This document shows, one piece after another, positions 10,177 to 21,089 of a DNA stretch of 64,000 nt. Made by a program: the position numbers and the translations under genes. Every line of letters begins with the position of its first letter. Position 1 is the stretch's first letter. The stretch lies in NCBI GenBank assembly GCA_965261595.1, contig CBDHDG010000006.1, positions 32,001-96,000 of the forward strand, written 5' to 3'. The DNA is from a bacterium (lineage in GTDB: Bacteria; UBA8248; JACPRG01; G963555815). Below the pieces are notes generated by a model that was given only the letters and a program-made list of their open reading frames with translations, searched no databases and was not told where the DNA came from.

Positions 10177-11011
10177 CGGCCCCCCATCAGCGGCCCGGCC
10201 GTGCTCCGGAAATACGGCCACTCCGGTTATCCGTCCAACGACCATTTTCACCGTCAAGAATCCGTTACAACTCCACGTCATCGAAATGACATACCATCCG
10301 GCCCCACGCGAGTTTCAGGTTTGGGGGGGGGGTGGAGTTCCGTTGGGAAAAAACGAGAATGAAAGGTTTCGGGCTTGGGTTCGGTCGAACGACCCTCGAC
10401 CCGGACCCGTTCATAAAGGGGAAGCCGACTAAGCATAATATACTATATAATTGTCCACTCGTCGAAATGATTATTATCTTTCATTCGTCATAAGATCCGG
10501 TATCGGAATATAAACGAAGTCAATTCCGCGCCTTTTTCCATGAATACGATTCGCGTTTTCGAGTCGAACTTTCCGGGCAATCTCTCGGAGAAGTAACTAG
10601 TTCTGAACACCTAGTCTTTTATTACTATCACAGATGGAATCTTTCGGGTAAACGAAACTCCGCATCCATCTTGATTCCCACGTCGAACGAACCCGCGGCG
10701 CCCGGCAACGGGAGGCCGCTGATGCGCCTGAACCCCGCCGTTACAACATCCGCGCCGCTTCCCGCGTTTTTTCCCCCGCACCTTCGGCAGATTGAAGCCG
10801 CCTTCCTTATGGATTCGGGTTCATCTTAAAACGGTGTACCCGTGTTGCTGGTTGGCACATCAATTGCACACAGGTTCACGCTTTAGGGGAAACCTGAAAA
10901 ACATAAAAGACTCCATCGCGGCGGGGGCTTTTTCGCGAAATGATAAGGACCCTCTTCCGCGTGGCGCTCCCCATGTCCGCGCACAAGAGGGTCGAAAGGA
11001 GAATCGGAACA

Positions 11012-13364
11012 GTGGACGACCTGTGAGAGAGTTTCTGACGGAAAGCAACGAGAATCTATCGCGGCTCAACCAGAAAATCGTCGAGATCGAAAAGTCGCCG
11101 GACGACATGGAGATTCTCAACAACATCTTCCGAACGATCCACACCATCAAGGGAACGTGCGGGTTCCTGGGCTTGGAGAGGCTTGGGTCGGTCGCCCATG
11201 CCGCCGAGAGCGTCCTGGACCAGGCCCGGGACGGACGCCTCGCGATGGACCCCCGGACCGTGACCCTCGTTCTGGCGGCCGTGGATCTGATCACATCGAT
11301 CCTCGAGGGAATAGAACAAACCGAGGAGGAGCCCACCGGCGACGACGCCGAATTGATCGGCAGACTCGAGGCGCTCCTCCAGGACGGCGCCGAGACTGAA
11401 GAATCGGAGATTCATGAGGACCCGGTGGTGAGATCGCCGGATGAAATTCTTGAGGAAATCTCGGCCGCCGTCAAAACCGGGCTGGAAGAATCCGAGGCCC
11501 TGAAAACCGTCGCCGACGCGCAAGATTCCATTGAAAACGAGATCCGGGAGCAGCTGAACGGAGAGGCCGAGCAGGCACCGGAGGAGCCGGCGCAGGTCGG
11601 GGCCGTTCCTGAAACCCAGACATCCACCAAGGTCAGTAAGGGCAACGGCGCTTCGAGCAAGGGCAACGTGAGCAATCAGACGCTTCGCGTCAACGTCGAT
11701 GTCCTCGACAGCCTCATGAACATGGTCGGAGAGCTGGTCCTTTCCCGGAACCAACTCCTTCAGCTCACCCAGACAGACGGCGAGTCCGTCTACGCCAACT
11801 CTGTTCAACACCTCAACCGGGTGACCTCGGACGTGCAGGAAGGCGTCATGAAGACGCGGATGCAGCCCATCGGCAACGCCTGGGCCAAGCTGCCGCGCCT
11901 CGTGCGGGACCTCAGCCAGTCGCAGAACAAGAAAATCGACCTGGTGATGCACGGCGCCGAGACGGAGCTGGACCGCCAGCTCCTGGAAGTCATCCAGGAT
12001 CCCCTGACCCACATCGTCCGCAATTCGGCCGACCACGGCATCGAGGGCCCCGAGGCGCGCCTCCAGGCCGGAAAGCCCGAAACGGGCACAGTCACCCTGA
12101 ACGCCTACCAGGAGAGCGGCCACATCGTCATCGAAGTCGCCGACGATGGCGCCGGAATCAACGTGGAGAAGGTGCGTCAGAAGGCCGTTCAGCAGGGTTT
12201 GGTGGAGGAGGAAGCCGCCAAGGACCTGCCTGAGGCTCAGCTCCTCCAGTTCCTTTTCGCGCCGGGCTTTTCCACGGCGGAGAAGGTCACCGCCGTCTCC
12301 GGCCGGGGTGTCGGGATGGACGTCGTCCAAAGCAACATCGAAAAGATCGGCGGAACGGTCGACATCCGCAACAAGCATGGCCAGGGCACGACGCTCAAGA
12401 TCAAGATCCCCCTAACCCTGGCCATCATTCCGGCCCTCATGGTGGAAAGCGGCGGCAACCAGTACGCCATTCCCCAGGTCAACCTGATGGAGCTGGTCCG
12501 GCTGGAGGGGGAGCGAGCCGCCAAGGGAGTTGAAATGGTTCACGGCGCTCCGGTCTATCGCCTGCGGGGCAACCTCCTGCCCCTGGTGGACCTGAACCGG
12601 GAGCTGATGATCGAAGACGAGACCGCCCAGGAGGGGACGAACGGTTCATCGGGCGCCGAGACGATCAGCATCGTCGTCCTTCAGGCCGACGACCGGCAGT
12701 TTGGACTGGTGGTGGATGGGACCAACGACACCGAGGAGATCGTCGTGAAGCCCCTGGGAAAACTCCTGAAGGGGATCCCCCTCTTCGCCAGCGCGACCAT
12801 CATGGGCGACGGGAGGGTGGCGTTGATCCTGGACGTCCTGGGCATCGCCCAGCGGGCCAACGTGATTTCCGAGAATCGGGACCGTTCGAAGTCGGACACG
12901 ACGGTCCGCGCCGGAGACACCTCCCGGGAGGTCCAGACACTGCTCCTCATCCGCGCCGGCCAAGACGGGCGGATGGCCATCCCCCTCTCTCAAGTCGCCC
13001 GGTTGGAGGAGTTTCCCCGGCACACCATCGAGCGGGCGGGAATCAAGACGTGGTGCAGTACCGGAACGAGATCCTCCCGTTGATCCTGCTCTCCGGATTC
13101 CAGCCTTCCGCTTCATCCGACGAGGCCGATCAGGGCAAATCCGTCAAGGCGGTAGTCTACTCCGACCACGGCCGGAGCGTGGGCATCGTCGTGGACCAAA
13201 TCATCGACATTGTCAAAGAGACGATCTCCATCGAGCGGAGATCCCAAACCTCGGGCGTGATCGGATCCGCCATCATTCAGGGGAACGTCACAGACCTGAT
13301 CGACGTGGAAGGCGTCATCCGCGGGGCCGATCCCACGTTCTTCGAGCAGGCCGCGCCCGCATAA
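11012..13364 (+). CDS. cheA: Chemotaxis histidine kinase CheA with an extra C-terminal CheW domain (apparent frameshifts near 11022 and 13040)
   Basis: AAGGAG then GTG at 11012 gives MDDL(V)REFLTES after a 1-nt shift. IFRTIHTIKG Hpt motif, HIVRNSADHGIE, DDGAGI, SGRGVGMDVV. The second CheW domain continues in ORF 13050-13364. Confidence 0.9.
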
Positions 13365-13392
13365 GAATCAGGTGAAAATGAGGATGGAAACC

Positions 13393-13842
13393 ATGAAAGA
13401 ACAGCAACAGTTCTGCACGTTTTTTGTGGACGACCTCTATTTCGGCGTGGACGTGCAGAAGGTCCAGGAGGTCATCCGCTACCAGAACATGACCCGCGTG
13501 CCTCTGGCGCCCCGGGAAGTCCGGGGACTGATCAACCTGCGCGGCCAGATCGTCACGGCCGTCGATCTGCGCCGCCGGTTGAGCCTGGGTGAACACCCCG
13601 AGGACCAACTCCCGATGAACGTCGTTGTCCGCAACGACGACGGGGTGGTCAGCCTGCTCGTCGACGAAATCGGTGACGTCCTGGATGTCGATGAGGACAC
13701 CTTCGAGCCCCCTCCGGAGACCCTCGACGGCCTCGCCCGCGAGTTGATTCGGGGGGCCTACAAGCTCGAGGGGCGCCTCTTGCTGGAATTGGATACCGAT
13801 AAAACGATCGCCCTGAACGGCGAAACGGCGCCAAGCGGATGA
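13393..13842 (+). CDS. cheW: Chemotaxis adaptor CheW
   Basis: FCTFFV..FGVDVQKVQEV, GLINLRGQIVT, SLLVDEIGDV. Confidence 0.95.
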   Translation: MKEQQQFCTFFVDDLYFGVDVQKVQEVIRYQNMTRVPLAPREVRGLINLRGQIVTAVDLRRRLSLGEHPEDQLPMNVVVRNDDGVVSLLVDEIGDVLDVDEDTFEPPPETLDGLARELIRGAYKLEGRLLLELDTDKTIALNGETAPSG

Positions 13843-13984
13843 AATGCGCGAACCCGCAAAGCGTCTTCTTCTCCAAAGGCCCCTTGGAGGACCCCCACCC
13901 CTGAGCCGATGCGGCTTCAGGAATGACGAGACCCAGCCGCTCATGCACGTCTGGGACGGAAAAACCCGAAAGGAGAATGGGAAG

Positions 13985-14917
13985 ATGACCTCGAGAAAAT
14001 CTTTTTTGCAGGTGGGCGTCGCCTGGTTCGCCGGAGCGATCCTCCTGGCCGGCCTGAGCGGCTGCGACGGGAGCCGCGAGCCCAAATCGGAGACCCGAAA
14101 GCAGCGGTCGTCGATCCTGGACAAGATCCAGCTGGGCGGTGTCGTCAAGGCCTCCATCGGACATGGCGCCGAGAAGGCCTCCACCGGATATCGTCCCGAG
14201 AAGGCCAGCGCCAATGGCGCGAAGAAAGGGAGCGGCGGGTTTCCGGACCGGGGACTGGTCCGCAAGAACGTACCGGCCGACTTCAATCCGGACATCGAGT
14301 CCCCCCGCGTCCATGCCTCCGCCTGGGTCGACCCCCTCTCGAGCGTGATCGGAAACGTCGAGATCGGGCGGCGCGTCTACCTGGCGCCCTTCAGCTCCGT
14401 GCGCGGGGATGAAGGTCAGCCGATCCACATCGGCAACGAGTCCAACCTCCAGGACGGCGTCGTCATCCACGCCCTGGAGACCGTCGCGTACGGAAAGCCC
14501 GTCTGGAAGAACACTTACGCGGTCAATGATCGGCGATACGCCGTCTACATCGGCGACCGCGTCTCCCTGGCCCATCAGTCCCACGTCCACGGACCCGCCT
14601 ACATCGAGGATGACGTCTTCGTCGGCATGCAGGCCATGGTCTTCATGTCCCACGTCGGCCGGGGAAGCGTCATCGAGCCGGGGGCCAAGGTGATGGGCGT
14701 CTCGATCCCGCCGGGAAGATACGTCAAAATCGGAAGCATCGTGGCCGACCAGAAGACCGCCGACAACCTTCCGGAGATCACCGAATCTTACCAGTTCCGC
14801 AACATCAACAAGGCGGTGGTCCACGTGAACACGAGTCTCGCGGACGGCTACTCCGGACGCGGCTCGAAGAAGGGCCACGCCGCGAAGCCGGGCCCCGCCG
14901 CCAAGAAAAGCCATTAG
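13985..14917 (+). CDS. Gamma-class (Cam-type) carbonic anhydrase, predicted lipoprotein
   Basis: RGDEG, SNLQDGVVIHALET, SLAHQSHVHGP and VVHVNTSLADGY match Methanosarcina Cam. The signal peptide ends in the lipobox LSGC. AGGAG at 13971. Confidence 0.9.
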   Translation: MTSRKSFLQVGVAWFAGAILLAGLSGCDGSREPKSETRKQRSSILDKIQLGGVVKASIGHGAEKASTGYRPEKASANGAKKGSGGFPDRGLVRKNVPADFNPDIESPRVHASAWVDPLSSVIGNVEIGRRVYLAPFSSVRGDEGQPIHIGNESNLQDGVVIHALETVAYGKPVWKNTYAVNDRRYAVYIGDRVSLAHQSHVHGPAYIEDDVFVGMQAMVFMSHVGRGSVIEPGAKVMGVSIPPGRYVKIGSIVADQKTADNLPEITESYQFRNINKAVVHVNTSLADGYSGRGSKKGHAAKPGPAAKKSH

Positions 14918-14950
14918 GCCATCAAACCGGAATATAAGGAGAGAAGATCG

Positions 14951-16687
14951 ATGCGGATGAACCTGACATTACGGAAGCAGCTCCTCGGCGCGTTCGGGCT
15001 GGAGTTAATCCTGTTCATAGGGCTCACTATCTTCATGCTCTGGGAGATGGGGGGGATCAACGACCACGTGGTCACGCTCCATGACAAAAACCTCCTGCCC
15101 CTCCAGGCCGCCGCCGAGGCGAACATCGAGCTGCTTGAGACGGACAAGTACCTGCTGGAGATCATCATCGAGGAGGACGCGAATAAACGCCGAGGCTTAG
15201 AGGAAAAGATGGCCCATGCCGAAAAGGCCATGTTCAAGTTCCTCAAAAAGCTCGAGGCGAGCGCGGACCGGGAGGAGCTCGAAGCGCTCGAGGCCTTTAC
15301 GGTTCCCTACCAGACCTGGGTGGGCGTCCGAAAGCGCGCCGTCGCGCTGGCGGATGCGGACAAACTCAAAGACGCCCAGCACCTCATCGAGAAAGAAGCG
15401 GAAGCACCCTTCGAGCAAGCGGACAAGATTCTGACCGGCATCATTCACCACAACGAGGAGCGTGCGGAAAAGACGTACCAAGAAAGCAGGCGGGACTACG
15501 ACCAAGTCCGATTGCTCACGCTCATGGCTTTCGCGACGGCTATCGGCCTTCTTGTAGCGATCCTGTTGACGAGAAAGATATTGACCGCAATCAGGGAGAT
15601 CGGGGAAGTCGCGGACCGCATGGCAGACGGAGACCTCACCGACTCGGAGTCCATCAGGAAGCTCACCACCCGCTCCAACGATGAGATCAGCCAAATGGCC
15701 ACGGCTCTCCAAAAGGCCATTGGGGCGATGCGATCAGCCATCCAAAGAATCGCCCAGAACGCCCAAGCCCTGACCGCGTCCTCCGAGCAAATGGGATCCG
15801 CCAGCCAACAGATGGCCGCTAACTCGGAGGAGACCTCCGCTCAGGCCAACTCCGTCTCGGCGGCCTCCGAGGAAGTCAGCCGAAACCTTCAAACGGTCGC
15901 CAACGCCGCCGAGGAGATGGGCGCCAGCATCAAGGAGGTCGCCCAAAACGCCGGCGAGGCCGCCCGCGTGGCCACCTCCGCCGTCTCGGTCGCCGATTCC
16001 ACCAATGAAAAAGTCGCCCGGCTCGGGGAGAGCAGCGCCGAGATCGGCAAGGTCATCAATTCCATCGCCGAGCAGACCAACTTGCTGGCGCTCAACGCCA
16101 CCATCGAAGCGGCCCGGGCCGGAGAGGCCGGCAAAGGGTTTGCCGTCGTCGCCAACGAGGTGAAAGAACTGGCCAAGCAGACCGCCCGGGCCACCGAGGA
16201 CATCAGCAAAAAGGTCGAGGCCATCCAGACCGATGCCTCGGGAGCCGTGGAGGCCATCGGTCAAATCGGCGCCGTCATCAACCAGGTCAATGATATCTCA
16301 AGCACCATCGCCGGCGCCGTTGAGGAACAAAGCGCGACGACGCAGGAAATCGGCCGGAATGTCGCCGAGGCGGCCAAAGGCAGCACTGAGATCGCCGAGA
16401 ATATCGCACGCGTGGCCGGGGCCTCCAATTCCACTTCGGACGGCACCACCGAGATCCAGGGCGTGACGAACGAGCTGTCCCGCATAGGGGCGGGGCTTCA
16501 GCAACTCATCGCGCAGTTCAACTTCGGCGACGATCAGGCAAGCGCTCCGCGAAAGGCGGTCGAGAAGAAACATGAAATTGCGGCCGGCCCACAACCTTCT
16601 TTGAAGGCGGAGCACGTCGTTGTCGCTCCGGACTACCGCCTACCCGCAATGATCGCGAGCGAACTCGCTTCGAACGGGGACAGCTAA
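14951..16687 (+). CDS. Methyl-accepting chemotaxis protein (four-helix-bundle sensor, HAMP, signalling domain)
   Basis: Two TM helices flank a helical domain; [37 protein letters not shown]. Confidence 0.95.
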   Translation: MRMNLTLRKQLLGAFGLELILFIGLTIFMLWEMGGINDHVVTLHDKNLLPLQAAAEANIELLETDKYLLEIIIEEDANKRRGLEEKMAHAEKAMFKFLKKLEASADREELEALEAFTVPYQTWVGVRKRAVALADADKLKDAQHLIEKEAEAPFEQADKILTGIIHHNEERAEKTYQESRRDYDQVRLLTLMAFATAIGLLVAILLTRKILTAIREIGEVADRMADGDLTDSESIRKLTTRSNDEISQMATALQKAIGAMRSAIQRIAQNAQALTASSEQMGSASQQMAANSEETSAQANSVSAASEEVSRNLQTVANAAEEMGASIKEVAQNAGEAARVATSAVSVADSTNEKVARLGESSAEIGKVINSIAEQTNLLALNATIEAARAGEAGKGFAVVANEVKELAKQTARATEDISKKVEAIQTDASGAVEAIGQIGAVINQVNDISSTIAGAVEEQSATTQEIGRNVAEAAKGSTEIAENIARVAGASNSTSDGTTEIQGVTNELSRIGAGLQQLIAQFNFGDDQASAPRKAVEKKHEIAAGPQPSLKAEHVVVAPDYRLPAMIASELASNGDS

Positions 16688-17011
16688 GGCCGGAGTTGCC
16701 CGAAGCCGTCATAGGCCGGGCGGTGACGCCCTGCTGGCTTATGCCTGCTTCGGCCGCATCCGGTGTGAGTTCGCGCCGATAGGCGACGGGCTCACACCTC
16801 GCCAAGAGTTCGGAGCGTGGAAACCGGGGATGAGAACCTCGAGCCGGATTGCACGGGATCGTCCGAGACGAGGGCGGTCACGTCGTTTTCCTCCGGACAA
16901 AGTACATTGCGGCGATTCTCTGGCTGGCAAACGACTTTCGGGCCAGCCGGGCAACAGGAGTCAATGAGTCCATGCAAGTTGGCCTGAGAATCACACCGCC
17001 CAGAGAAACCC

Positions 17012-18226
17012 ATGAATGCCCCTTCCACGCTGTCGCCGTTCGCCATGAGTGAAGCGCGCGACTCAGGGATCGAACAAAGCCGGCTCGCGACCCGAATTGC
17101 CCACGCCAAGGCTGAATGGGAGGCGACCGTGGACGCAGTGTCAGCCCCAATCGCCCTGCTCGACCATGCGGACATCGTGGTCCGATGCAACCGCGCCCTG
17201 GGACGCCTTGCCGGGCGCGATCTGCGTAAATGCCTGGGCCGGCGCTGGGCCGATTTGTTCCCCGGCCTGCCGCTTCCCATGCCCGGAGACCTTCCGCTGG
17301 AATGGACTCACCCTCCTTCCGGCCGGACCTTCTTCCTGACCAATCGATCTGTCGAAACATCGGACGGAGACGCGGACCCGAAGAAGGTGGTGGCGATGAT
17401 GGACATTTCGGCGCAGCGTCGGAAGGAGGTCGAGGTGATGGCGCGCGTCGACCGCTGGGCCACCCTGGGCGCGCTGGCCATGACCACCGCACATGAGATC
17501 AACAATCCGCTGGCGGGTCTGCGCCTGCAAGCCAACAACCTCGAAACCCTGATCCCGCCCTATCTGGAAGATCCCCCCGGGGGGGCGTCGGACGGACCCC
17601 CCGACCGAGCCAACCTGCGGCGCCAGGTTTCCGAGTGCCTGTCGGGGATCCTCTCCGCGTCGGAGCGCATCGGCGCCATCGTCGACGAATTGCGCCGGTT
17701 CGGCCGCCCGCAGGACGCCCCCGCGAAACCGGTTGATGTCCGGGAAGTGGTCAAATCGGCGCTCATGCTGCTCGGGCCGAAACTCAAAAACATCCGGGTG
17801 ACGACAAACCTCGCGGCTGAACTGACGCCGATCATGGCCAATCCCATCAAGGTCGAACAAGTCCTCATCAACCTGATTTCCAACGCCGCGGACGCCTTCG
17901 ACGAAAACGGCGGCCGTGAGAGAAGGGATCTCTCCATCTCGGCCGTCGACCGCCGGGGAGGGGTCACCCTGGAAGTGGCCGACACCGCGGGGGGGATTCC
18001 TCCAGACGTTGCGGACAAGATCTTCAAAACCTACGTCAGCACCAAACCGGTCGAGCGGGAGACCGGACTCGGTCTGATGATCACCCGGGCGAATGTTCAG
18101 GCTCTCGGCGGCGAGATCACATTCACCACACAACCGGAGCGGGGAACAACGTTCACCATTTTCCTTCCCCGCTCCGAAGTCCCCAACCAGGAGAGTGCCC
18201 ATGACCGCACCGATTCTCATCGTTGA
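17012..18226 (+). CDS. PAS-domain sensor histidine kinase (cytoplasmic)
   Basis: WEATVDAV PAS-like N-terminus, AHEINNPL, EQVLINLISNAADA, DTAGGI, TGLGL. Confidence 0.9.
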   Translation: MNAPSTLSPFAMSEARDSGIEQSRLATRIAHAKAEWEATVDAVSAPIALLDHADIVVRCNRALGRLAGRDLRKCLGRRWADLFPGLPLPMPGDLPLEWTHPPSGRTFFLTNRSVETSDGDADPKKVVAMMDISAQRRKEVEVMARVDRWATLGALAMTTAHEINNPLAGLRLQANNLETLIPPYLEDPPGGASDGPPDRANLRRQVSECLSGILSASERIGAIVDELRRFGRPQDAPAKPVDVREVVKSALMLLGPKLKNIRVTTNLAAELTPIMANPIKVEQVLINLISNAADAFDENGGRERRDLSISAVDRRGGVTLEVADTAGGIPPDVADKIFKTYVSTKPVERETGLGLMITRANVQALGGEITFTTQPERGTTFTIFLPRSEVPNQESAHDRTDSHR

Positions 18227-18632
18227 CGGCGATCCGGATCTGCTGAGCGCGCTCAATACATTCCTGGAGCTCAGAGGGTTTCAGGCGGATGCCGAGCCCG
18301 ATCCCCGACGGGCCGCCGAGCGCATCCGGGAGGGAGACTATCGCGTGGCCCTTTTGGACATCGTCATGCCGGAGATGGATGGTCTCGAGCTGCTCCAGAT
18401 CATTCGCAGGGAGCGGCCGGAGATTGAGGTCGTCATGCTCACGGCCAACAGCACCCGGCAGCGGGTTTGGGCCGCCCGGGAGTTGGGCGCGGCCGATTTC
18501 GTCCTGAAACCGTTTTCCGACTTCGAGATGACCGGTCACGTCGTGATGCTGGCCCTGGAGCGGTCCAACCGCTGGCTCGATGTCATCCAAAAGAGTCCAT
18601 CCGAACCCTGGCAGGAGGTTTCTCTGAAATGA
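18201..18632 (+). CDS. Single-domain response regulator
   Basis: LLDIVMPEMDG, VVMLTA, FVLKPF; AGGAG upstream. Confidence 0.9.
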   Translation: MTAPILIVDGDPDLLSALNTFLELRGFQADAEPDPRRAAERIREGDYRVALLDIVMPEMDGLELLQIIRRERPEIEVVMLTANSTRQRVWAARELGAADFVLKPFSDFEMTGHVVMLALERSNRWLDVIQKSPSEPWQEVSLK

Positions 18633-18996
18633 AGGCTCTGCTCATCGTTGAAGATTCCAAGTCCATCCGCACCGCCATCCGCCGCATCCTCGAGCCCCTC
18701 GGCTTCCAGGTCAGCGAGGCGGCCGACGGCGAGGAGGCGCTGGCGCACTGCACGAACAACGGCCTGCCCGACGGCATCCTGCTCGACATTGACATGCCGG
18801 TCATGGACGGCATCACCTTTCTCAAGGCGATACGCCAAAACCAGAGTTACGACGGGGCATCGGTCATCATGTGTACAACGCACAACTCCCTCGAAAAGAT
18901 CACCGAGGCCATGGAAGCCGGCGCCAACGAGTACGTCATGAAACCTTTCGACGAGGACATCATCCGCGGAAAACTCGAAGCGGGGGACTTCTCTGA
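18629..18996 (+). CDS. cheY: CheY-like response regulator (apparent 1-nt loss in a G run near 18982)
   Basis: LIVEDS, LLDIDMPVMDG, MCTT, EYVMKPF. Restoring one G gives ...EAGGLL-TGA overlapping the cheB ATG (TGATG). Confidence 0.85.
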
Positions 18997-20053
18997 TGAA
19001 TTCAACCCAAAAACCCATCCGCGTGATGGTGGTGGACGACTCCGCCGTCATCCGGGGCCTGCTCATAAGGCTTATCAGAAAAGAACCGGATATGTGCGTC
19101 AGCGCGACGTCTTCGAACGGACAATCCGCCCTGACCGCCCTGCGGACGAATCCGACCGACGTGGTCCTTCTGGACATTGAGATGCCCGTCCTGGACGGAC
19201 TCTCCACCATCCCCCACCTCCGGCGCGATTTTCCGCACGTCCACATCATCATGGTCAGCACCCTGACTCAAAAAGGGGCGCGGGAGACGATGCGGGCCCT
19301 GTCTTCGGGGGCGACCGACTACGTTTCCAAACCGACTTTGATGCAGAGTGGAAAGGGATTGCAGCAGATCGAGGACGATCTCTTGTCCAAGATCCGGGCC
19401 CTGAAGCCCCGGGCCTCGGAAACCCCCTTGGGTCAGTCGTACACCTTGCAGCCTCCGCCCGATCCCGCATGGACGCCTTGCGTCTTGGCGGTGGGCGCCA
19501 GCACGGGCGGGCCCAACGCCCTGGTGGAGCTGTTGTCGGCCCTGCCGAGCGCCATAACCTTGCCCATCCTCATCGTCCAGCACATGCCTCCCATCTTCAC
19601 GACCCTGCTCGCGGAGCGGCTGGGGAAAATCACCGGCCGGACCGCCCTGGAGGCCACCGAAGGCCGGACCATCGAGCCGGGCTGGATCTATGTCGCCCCT
19701 GGAGATCACCACATGATGGTGAGGGAGCGCGGAGGAGAACGGATCCTCCGGCTGAACCAGGCCGCCCGCGAGAACTTCTGCCGGCCCGCGGTGGACCCCC
19801 TCTTTCGTTCGGCGGCGGAGACCTACGGCCGGGAGGTTTTGTCCGTGGTCCTCACCGGCATGGGACAAGACGGTCAAAAAGGGAGCGAATCCATCATCCA
19901 CCACGGGGGGTCGTTCTGGCGCAAGACGAGGCAAGCAGCGTGGTCTGGGGGATGCCGGGCGCGATCGCGGAAGCCGGGCTCGCCACCGCCATACTCCCCC
20001 TTTCCGACCTCCCGTCCCACATCATGCGTTATTGCGAGGTGTCCGTCCGATGA
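18996..20053 (+). CDS. cheB: Chemotaxis methylesterase CheB (frameshift at G run near 19905-19910)
   Basis: Receiver domain plus [26 protein letters not shown]. It continues [14 protein letters not shown] in another frame. Confidence 0.92.
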
Positions 20054-20853
20054 AGCCTCAAGACTACGAGTTCCTGGTAGACCAAAGCGGGCTGTCCTTG
20101 AACGCGGAAAAGGAATATCTGATGACCAGCCGCCTGAACCCGGTGGCCGCTTCCCTCGGTCTCACCGATCTCGAGGGCCTCATCCGGCGTCTGAGGTTTC
20201 AAGCCGACCCCGACCTGGTCCGTACGGTCACCGAGGCCATGAACACCCATGAGTCCTACTTCTTCCGTGACGTCAAACCCTTCGACACCCTGCGGGAGGA
20301 CGTCCTGCCGACGCTCATGGAGGCGCGGCGGAAGACGAGCCGCCTGCGAATCTGGTGCGCCGCCTGTTCGACCGCCCAGGAGCCTTACTCGATTGCCATG
20401 TTGATCGCCGCGGACTTCCCCGAACTGAAAAACTGGCGGCCGGAGATCCTCGGGACCGACATTTACAAGAAAATTCTCGATCGAGCCAGCGCCGGTCTGT
20501 ATAGCCACCTGGAGGTTCAACGGGGCCTTCCGGTGACCATGCTGGTCCGGTTTTTCCGTCAATGTGGCCGGGACTGGCAGATTGACCCGAAAATCCGTGA
20601 GATGGTCGACTTTAAGCAGGTCAACCTCCTTGAGCCGTACACAAATCTGGGCCAATTCGACGTCATTTTCTGTCGAAATGTCCTCATCTACTTCGACGGA
20701 ACCACCAAAACCGATGTACTGAATCGCATGGCGCGGGCCCTCGCGCCGGATGGCTATCTTTTCCTCGGCGGCGCCGAGACGGTGCTGGGACTTTCATCCG
20801 AGTTCGAGCGAAACGATTCAAGGGGGTTGTACTATAAAAAACGCCAAACCTAG
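20050..20853 (+). CDS. cheR: Chemotaxis methyltransferase CheR
   Basis: [49 protein letters not shown]. Confidence 0.95.
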   Translation: MKPQDYEFLVDQSGLSLNAEKEYLMTSRLNPVAASLGLTDLEGLIRRLRFQADPDLVRTVTEAMNTHESYFFRDVKPFDTLREDVLPTLMEARRKTSRLRIWCAACSTAQEPYSIAMLIAADFPELKNWRPEILGTDIYKKILDRASAGLYSHLEVQRGLPVTMLVRFFRQCGRDWQIDPKIREMVDFKQVNLLEPYTNLGQFDVIFCRNVLIYFDGTTKTDVLNRMARALAPDGYLFLGGAETVLGLSSEFERNDSRGLYYKKRQT

Positions 20854-21010
20854 GTCCCATCATCCGGCACCAAGCAAGAAGCCGCCGCCGGCTAAACGCA
20901 AATCCCGCTTGACCCGTGAAATCACTCCGATTCTTCCTTCATACCCAATTGTTCGGGATTGGGCGCCAAAGGAAAGGCTTTTCATTGAAATCATTTAAAG
21001 GTACAATCGA

Positions 21011-21028
21011 CTAGGTGATAACACCTAG
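21011..21028. promoter_or_regulatory. Palindromic operator-like site CTAGGTG-ATAA-CACCTAG
   Basis: Perfect 7-4-7 inverted repeat just downstream of TACAAT (21002-21007) and upstream of the original response-regulator start. Confidence 0.5.
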
Positions 21029-21089
21029 CTCCTTAGTCCGGTATTTTTAGAGGCGGATCCCGCCCCAGGAGGGCTCAAGGCATGGCGAA

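Noticed and set aside
10180..11000. Riboswitch or ncRNA in the long intergenic region before cheA
   Set aside because: Some hairpins are present, but no recognisable family consensus; an Rfam scan is needed.
10792..11011. N-terminal extension of CheA in the ORF track
   Set aside because: The true start is better placed at GTG 11012 after AAGGAG, with a 1-nt shift.
16040..16075. MCP appears three residues short before IAEQTN (IGKVINSIA)
   Set aside because: Could be collapse of a 9-nt repeat or an assembly error; cannot be judged without alignment or reads.
18996..19180. CheY with a long C-terminal extension
   Set aside because: Artefact of one missing G; the corrected stop overlaps the cheB start.
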